Positions 58,233-64,000 of a stretch of DNA of 64,000 nucleotides are shown one piece after another. How positions within the stretch are numbered: position 1 is the stretch's first letter; each line of letters begins with the position of its first letter. Source of the DNA: a bacterium (GTDB lineage Bacteria > SZUA-182 > DTGQ01 > JAFGSM01). The notes under the pieces are model-generated. The model worked only from the letters and a program-made list of their open reading frames with translations. It did no database searches and was not told the origin of the DNA. Location: positions 1 through 64,000 of the forward strand of contig JBLIRN010000003.1 of NCBI GenBank assembly GCA_049472315.1. Direction: 5' to 3'. The position numbers and the translations under genes are program-made.

Positions 58233-60932
58233 TCAGTCCACTCGCACCTTGAATTTGAGATCAGCGTATGGGGCGGGCGGGGTGCTGCTCCCCTGGAAGG
58301 TGCCCTTGGGCGAAACCCTGATATGGGAGACATTCCCGTCAAATCCGTGGGCATCCGGGGAGGGCACATAGGTGTATGTTGCACCCCCGTCGCCGGAGAA
58401 GTCGATATCATCCGTGGTGCTCTCCAGGCTGGTAAACGTATAGGTCAGGCCGCTTGGGGCCGTCCCGTCCAGAAAAAGGAGAGGCCCCGAGCCGGGGACG
58501 TCAATATCATTCACAAACAGGGATGCATGTTCGGGGATGGGGTCTATGATCACCATCGTGTCGTCGTCGACAGGGCATATCCCCTGATTGGTGATGGTAA
58601 TCGTATAGAGCATGGTTGCGCCGGGGATCGCCTTGGGATTGACATTTTCGTTGTACGGATCCGAAAGGGTGTGGACGCTTTTCATGACCAGGAGCTCCGG
58701 AGCGCCGACAAGGAACGTGCAGACATATTCGTCGTTCACCAGGCCTTCTGTCCCTTCCATGGCCCTGATGATCGCCTGCCAGGTCCCGGTGGGCCATGAA
58801 GGCAGTTCGTATTGATATTCATACACTGCGTCCGATCCCCCTGAATCGAAAACCTCCGGTATGGGGGCGTCGGCAATGACGATGAAATTCTCCGGATCGA
58901 TTATGGTGACGGTGGCGCCGCTTATATCGAAGCTTCCGAAGGGATCACCCACCAGTGCCCTGATGTGCACTGGGGAGCCGGGGAGGAAACATTGCGGAGC
59001 ACCCCCTCCGGGATAGGGTGCATCATATGCCCCTGCGGTATGGATATCGATGACCGTGGCGGCATTCAGGTCAACCCGTGAGGTGGCCCCTTCATAGGAG
59101 GGATACACATATACGGAATAGTAATAGGAAGAGGATTCGTTGGTCACGGTCAAGGTGATCTGCGAGCCCGGCAGGAGGGTGACTTCGGAGGGCAGGGATA
59201 CATTGAAGACGATTTCGGTGGTCCCCCACATGCTTACGGTCCGGGTGACCGGGTCCCCGATGGGACCGGATGTGGCACCGGTTGAGGCAAGCGCCACGGT
59301 GAGGGTCCGGGAGCTTCCATAGTAATTACGGCGTATCCAGAGCCTCACCGGATGAAGCCCCGCGGCGAGGGTGAGCGGGGCTGCGGTCGCCGGCGTCATC
59401 TCCCATTGAACTGACCCCCCGTTTCCTGCAATGTACACCGATCCCGGAGACCCCTGGGGTGGGGTCCTGGAAAGCTCAAGCCCCGGGCTTCCATACAGAT
59501 ACAGCGGCTTATTGGCGGCGTCAAGGCCGAATACCGCGGTGGGGTCGCTGCTGGTGTTGTTGCCGGCAATATTATCGAAGGTGGGGCTGGAGACCGTTGC
59601 CGCATTCGTGACCTGCGGAACAGCCGAAGATTCAACGGAAACGGTCAGTGTTATGGGAGGCAATCCCTCACCTTCGGGCAGCGGGCCGGGATGCGACCAG
59701 GTGATGACCGGCAATGCGGATGTGTCCGCCGTCCATCCGGTGCCCGAGCTTGTAACATAATCAAGACCCGCGGGCAGGGCATCGCTCACCATAATGGTGC
59801 CCTCCGCATCATGGGGACCGTTGTTGCTGACGATAATGGTATACGTGCCGTTTTCCCCCACGGTGAAACTCCCCGCATGATTCTTGGTAATCGCAAGATC
59901 CGCCACCGGGGTGTTGGTCACCGAGACGATCTCCGCGCTCAGGAGCACCATGTCCTCACCCGAGCGGTATATGGTGGTGGCCGAGGTGTCGCCTGCATGC
60001 AGATAGGCGCTGATATCGTATGTGTCGATATCCACGCCGTAGCTGTTGTCCACACCCAGGCTGTTTATCGTGGAGTTGAACTGGTTGTGGATGGGATTGA
60101 GGCCGTCCGTGAGCAGATTCCCATTGAGGATGAGGCTCTCCGTATAGCCGTACAAGGGATTTGAATTCTCCTCGTCCCCCTCCCAGCTTATGTGTGCATG
60201 CTTCCCCTCTATGGGCAGATCCGGGATGCGGAAGTTGCCCGGGGTCAGGATGATCTGGTTGCCCCAGTAGTACTGGAATCCGTCAAACAGGTTGATGACC
60301 CGGAAGTACTCCCCGGGATGCTCAAACACGACCACCAGTGACCAGCCCGCCACAACGCCCTGACTGTTGCAATGGGGGGAGCCGGTGTTGACACTCAGGT
60401 CTCCGAAGGAATAGGTCCCGTTCCCTTTTGCGGCAACGATCGCGGTGACATCGGCAAAACCGCAGAAATAGTCATAGTTTGTCCCTGAGAAGCGGAATCT
60501 CTCGGTGAAGGTGCGATCTGCGGTCAGGCTATACGATTCAAAGGTTATGTCATAATCGGGGGTTCGCTGCGTTGATCCCCTCCGGTCGGCGAATGATCCC
60601 GCCCAGTAAAGATATGCCGCCCTGATCACCGCGCCGGAAGGTATACCGAAAAGGGGGGCAGAGCCGTGGTCTGTCACTGCGCAGGCATTGACCGGATTGG
60701 GCTGTGTCCTCAATGTCCCCCCGGTGCAGGTGAAATCTATATTCCCGGCAAAGCTTCGGTACAATGTCACCGGTGTTCCCGCATTCACCGGGCCTGTGCC
60801 CGTCAGAAAGAGGAATAAAAAAAGAAAAAGGGGGATGCTCGTGCATGCGATAAGGCCCTTCCGTATACATATTCTCCTCCGAACGATCCGGATCATTACA
60901 GGGTCATCTCCCTGTGAAGGCATTCCCCTCAT
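58233..60932 (-). CDS. Secreted DUF11-domain adhesin-like protein
   Basis: Signal peptide ending VNA; N-terminal beta domain (AAYLYWAG, GWSLVVVF); ADLAITK...YTIIVSNNGP...VSDALP; terminal NPKAIPGA...YTITITN; start 60932 (ATGA overlap) or 60896. Confidence 0.85.
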   Translation of the reverse strand: MRGMPSQGDDPVMIRIVRRRICIRKGLIACTSIPLFLFLFLFLTGTGPVNAGTPVTLYRSFAGNIDFTCTGGTLRTQPNPVNACAVTDHGSAPLFGIPSGAVIRAAYLYWAGSFADRRGSTQRTPDYDITFESYSLTADRTFTERFRFSGTNYDYFCGFADVTAIVAAKGNGTYSFGDLSVNTGSPHCNSQGVVAGWSLVVVFEHPGEYFRVINLFDGFQYYWGNQIILTPGNFRIPDLPIEGKHAHISWEGDEENSNPLYGYTESLILNGNLLTDGLNPIHNQFNSTINSLGVDNSYGVDIDTYDISAYLHAGDTSATTIYRSGEDMVLLSAEIVSVTNTPVADLAITKNHAGSFTVGENGTYTIIVSNNGPHDAEGTIMVSDALPAGLDYVTSSGTGWTADTSALPVITWSHPGPLPEGEGLPPITLTVSVESSAVPQVTNAATVSSPTFDNIAGNNTSSDPTAVFGLDAANKPLYLYGSPGLELSRTPPQGSPGSVYIAGNGGSVQWEMTPATAAPLTLAAGLHPVRLWIRRNYYGSSRTLTVALASTGATSGPIGDPVTRTVSMWGTTEIVFNVSLPSEVTLLPGSQITLTVTNESSSYYYSVYVYPSYEGATSRVDLNAATVIDIHTAGAYDAPYPGGGAPQCFLPGSPVHIRALVGDPFGSFDISGATVTIIDPENFIVIADAPIPEVFDSGGSDAVYEYQYELPSWPTGTWQAIIRAMEGTEGLVNDEYVCTFLVGAPELLVMKSVHTLSDPYNENVNPKAIPGATMLYTITITNQGICPVDDDTMVIIDPIPEHASLFVNDIDVPGSGPLLFLDGTAPSGLTYTFTSLESTTDDIDFSGDGGATYTYVPSPDAHGFDGNVSHIRVSPKGTFQGSSTPPAPYADLKFKVRVD

Positions 60933-63900
60933 GAGAAGAGCATCCTCACCAGCCTCGTGACATCCCGGCCGCTTGTCTGGTCTATCTTGAAACGGAAGCG
61001 CAGATAGGGACCCTGCGCCGTGTAATTCGCGTGTGAAAAGTCCCTGTCGGTGAAGCCCGAGATATTGTATCCGATGCTGACCCAGAGATTTTTCGCCGCA
61101 CACATGCCGATGGAAGGGCCATAGGAGTAATCAAGCTGCCGGGCATTCCATGAGTGCAGGATATTCACCCGCACCCCCGCATCCACCCGTTTGGTAATAT
61201 CATAACGCCCCTCCATGCCGATAAGGTCGGTATATCCCCTGTACTTGTCGTCATCCATGGTCTCCAGGACATACTTTGCCCCATACTGAAGGGAGAGCTG
61301 GGTCCTTCCGCGGGTGTAATTCGCATTCAGGTGATTCACGATCCTCCAACTGTCCAGGTCCGTATCGTCATCCCTGCGGCTGTCAACGAGGAAGTCCAGA
61401 CGGTCCAGGATGATCCAGTCCGTTTGCGTCGGCCGATGGGCGAGGCAGAGCCGGATATCGCCCGTGCTGTCCTCTGCACCCGTGGCATGTTCGGTATGGA
61501 ATACCTGTGCGCTGAAGGACAGGCCGAGGCCATGGCGGGGCTCGCCCAGGATGCCGGTGAACACCCCCCATTTGTGGCTGGTATCTGAAATGAGCCGTTC
61601 CACTCGGTTGGTCCATGACCACTTCTGCCTTGTATAGGTGGCGCCCAGGGAGAGGGAGGTAAAATCATCGCCCCCGCCGGATGCCGGGGATACATTGAGA
61701 TTCAGGGGGGTGTTCCCAGAATCTTCGATAGTCCTCGTCTGGTCAAGGCTTCCGTCCACCGCCCATTGCTCGGTCACCTGCCAGGTCTGGCGCAACCCGA
61801 GATTGGCAAAGGTCCTGGGACCGTTCTCATTGATATCCTGCTGCATGGAGGTCTGCACCTCCCCCCCCGACCACGGGCTGGTCTTCAGACCGATACGGGA
61901 CATCTGTGTATCCTCTGCCCTTCCATCGGTTATCTCATGTGTCGCAAAGAGGGTGGTATCCGCAGCAATATGATAATCCGCGCCCAGCATGGTGCGGGTG
62001 GGGAAATCCCCGCTGTCGTTATCCCCACCCACCGATTGGGCATGCCCCAGCGATAGACTCAAACGCTCGCCGAACGCATCATACCCGGCGCCTGCCAAGA
62101 GCTGATTGGATCTGTTCACCCTGCCGTCTCCCAGTTCATCCGCTGCACCCCTCATGCCGGCCTTGATGGAATAGGCTCCGTTCCGGTATGTTCCCTCCCC
62201 CTCCAGAACGTCGCGTACCGCCCCTGTGGCGCGGAAGGTGTACCGGTATGCCTGTCCGGAGAGGGTGATCCGTTCATTCACTATACGGGATGCCTCCGCA
62301 CCCGCCTTCTGTGTTCCTGTCTCGCTCCCGTTCTGCTGGCCGAGGCCGAAGCCGTCCTGTTCCTCGCGGATATATATGGATCCGTGCCCCTGATCCGACT
62401 CATGGGTGACCTCGGCGATGTAGGCATCCCCTTCCCTCTTTGTCCCGGCAAAGTCGGAGCTGGAGTGCGCCACCTCCGCCTTGATGCTGTTCCCGTGGGA
62501 AAGGTCATAGGTCATATCCACGCCATAGAGGTTCCCCTGGCCACCGATTCCGCCCTCGTGGATATGGGTCGCTCCCAGCTCAAGCCCGCGGTCCATGAGC
62601 CTTACCGCACCCCTGCCTCCGTAATTCGCCGATCGATCCCCATTGTCATGGGATTCGTAATCCACCACGATGAAAACGGGGTTGAACTGCTGATCCTTGC
62701 TCATGACAGGCTGCTTGAAATAGAGGGAGCCGGTCTCGTAATCGATGGCATAATCGATATATCTGGTGAGCTGCTCAGCGGAGATGATCCTTTCACTGTG
62801 AAAACGGTCGCGCGTCTGGATGGCCACCTTCTCGGAGCCTTGGACGATATTGCTCCTGGAGAGGTGATAGAGGCCCGAGGTGCCGTTTCCCCGTATCTCA
62901 TCCTTGATGAATGCCTGGTTGGTCTCGCTCACGAATGCGCTGAAGGTGTAATATTCCGACTGCCCTTCGGTCTTGAACCCGGTGAAGGTCCGGCTATAGC
63001 GGGAAAGCTCGGTGACCGTAATGCCGGTATCGTAATCCCCGAACAGGGCATAGAACTGCCCCCGCTCAATCTTGAGATACAGCTTCTCCGTGCTTGCCGC
63101 CTCGTGTGCCTGGCTGGTGGAATCCCCATACAGGCCGTAGTAGGCATCAGGGTCGATGTCCTGGTGGAGGTTTTTATCATCCCTGTGCGTATCCCTCTCA
63201 CTGTCATAGGCGATGGTCATCAGCCATTTCCCCTTGATCTGTCCCTTGGCGAAGAATGCCACCCCGCCATCGGTGATCATCCCCTCCTCCATGCCGGTCT
63301 CATCCGCCCCTTCCATATGATCGCGTACGGTGGTGTATCCGATGCCCCCCTGTGCAAGCCCCACCAGTATCCATTCCCTGGCAGCGGGCCTTAGCCATGT
63401 CCTGATCTCCCGCTCGCCCCCTGCAAGATTCAGCCGGATGACGACCTCACCGGTGGAGGAGGTGGGTTGAAGCCTCAGCAGCGCAATCCCATCCCTGCCC
63501 ACCGTATAGCGCGGGCGATATTTGTTCATGCCGGACAACTGAAAATTCTGGTACGCCTCCGACTCCTGCAACGCGGCATAGGGGGGATCCACGGAAAACT
63601 CGCCGATGACCCCCTGCCGTGCCGGATAGCCATATTTATCGGTGAGGCGGATGGCGATCACCGGAGGGGTCTTCCCGTCGGCACAGGGGACAGAATCCTC
63701 CTCCCGGATCTCCACATCGACAGGGATATCGGAATAATGGATGGAACGGGTAATGCGACCCGTCTCCTCTCCTTGGCTGTTCCGAAGCACCGCATCGAAG
63801 AGGTTGTCACCCTCATGCAGGTCGATCCCCCGCCACACGCTGAGCGCTGCGGTGCCTAATTTGTTCTTGATCAGGGTGTCGAAATTCAGGGGGTCCACCT

Positions 63901-64000
63901 CCTGCCCGTTAAGGAGCAGGCTGATCCGCTCGGATGAATGATGTTTTATCATTACCTTTATGCTTGGGATGGAGGGGAGATACCCCTCTGCAGGAAAGAG
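60929..64000 (-). CDS. Very large outer-membrane protein, C-terminal part; N-terminus beyond the window
   Basis: Frame open to 64000 (LFPAEGYLPSIPSIKV-M...); Ig-like segment, then many amphipathic beta-strands ending GPYLRFRFKID. Confidence 0.85.
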   Translation of the reverse strand, partial: LFPAEGYLPSIPSIKVMIKHHSSERISLLLNGQEVDPLNFDTLIKNKLGTAALSVWRGIDLHEGDNLFDAVLRNSQGEETGRITRSIHYSDIPVDVEIREEDSVPCADGKTPPVIAIRLTDKYGYPARQGVIGEFSVDPPYAALQESEAYQNFQLSGMNKYRPRYTVGRDGIALLRLQPTSSTGEVVIRLNLAGGEREIRTWLRPAAREWILVGLAQGGIGYTTVRDHMEGADETGMEEGMITDGGVAFFAKGQIKGKWLMTIAYDSERDTHRDDKNLHQDIDPDAYYGLYGDSTSQAHEAASTEKLYLKIERGQFYALFGDYDTGITVTELSRYSRTFTGFKTEGQSEYYTFSAFVSETNQAFIKDEIRGNGTSGLYHLSRSNIVQGSEKVAIQTRDRFHSERIISAEQLTRYIDYAIDYETGSLYFKQPVMSKDQQFNPVFIVVDYESHDNGDRSANYGGRGAVRLMDRGLELGATHIHEGGIGGQGNLYGVDMTYDLSHGNSIKAEVAHSSSDFAGTKREGDAYIAEVTHESDQGHGSIYIREEQDGFGLGQQNGSETGTQKAGAEASRIVNERITLSGQAYRYTFRATGAVRDVLEGEGTYRNGAYSIKAGMRGAADELGDGRVNRSNQLLAGAGYDAFGERLSLSLGHAQSVGGDNDSGDFPTRTMLGADYHIAADTTLFATHEITDGRAEDTQMSRIGLKTSPWSGGEVQTSMQQDINENGPRTFANLGLRQTWQVTEQWAVDGSLDQTRTIEDSGNTPLNLNVSPASGGGDDFTSLSLGATYTRQKWSWTNRVERLISDTSHKWGVFTGILGEPRHGLGLSFSAQVFHTEHATGAEDSTGDIRLCLAHRPTQTDWIILDRLDFLVDSRRDDDTDLDSWRIVNHLNANYTRGRTQLSLQYGAKYVLETMDDDKYRGYTDLIGMEGRYDITKRVDAGVRVNILHSWNARQLDYSYGPSIGMCAAKNLWVSIGYNISGFTDRDFSHANYTAQGPYLRFRFKIDQTSGRDVTRLVRMLFS

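Overview
A 64 kb bacterial chromosome segment, GC-rich with a few AT-rich inserts, from an anaerobe with deltaproteobacterium-like gene order (inferred from ilvC-psd-pssA-leuA, aroA'/aroB' and the selenocysteine formate dehydrogenase; the taxon cannot be fixed from sequence alone). Left part, mostly minus strand: the 5' half of RNase P RNA, a zinc-ribbon protein, Nif3, tRNA-Ile2(CAT), rpoD, dnaG, mutS2, a second NIF3-like gene, rpsU and hisI. Next come a DUF2400 gene and a sigma54-preceded secreted Gly/Tyr/Leu-repeat protein. A branched-chain amino acid cluster follows (ilvD, two ilvB, two ilvN, ilvC, psd, pssA, leuA, leuC, leuD, a SEC-C membrane protein, leuB, asd). Middle: a TPR protein, a degenerate ZIP-like membrane protein and [NiFe]-hydrogenase maturation genes (protease, hypC, hypD, hypB, hypF; hypE on the other strand). 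Between hypF and hypE is an AT-rich insert with hicBA flanked by attC-like sites and a large secreted protein. A Tat-exported formate dehydrogenase fdnGHI follows, with an in-frame UGA and SECIS that the ORF track splits. Right part: a leaderless Phd-PIN toxin-antitoxin pair, tldD, a PD40 lipoprotein, DUF4911, archaeal-type aroB'/aroA', malic enzyme, two divergent tandem NDK-like genes, DUF1835, a large HPr-fusion protein, a secreted Pro/Leu/Trp-rich protein, and a DUF11 adhesin coupled to a very large outer-membrane protein cut by the window edge. The least explained elements are the secreted low-complexity proteins and their leaders, the NDK/HPr-fusion/malic-enzyme neighbourhood, the DUF11-barrel pair, and a structured intergenic repeat present in full and deleted copies. 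Family assignments are from motif recognition by eye, not database searches.
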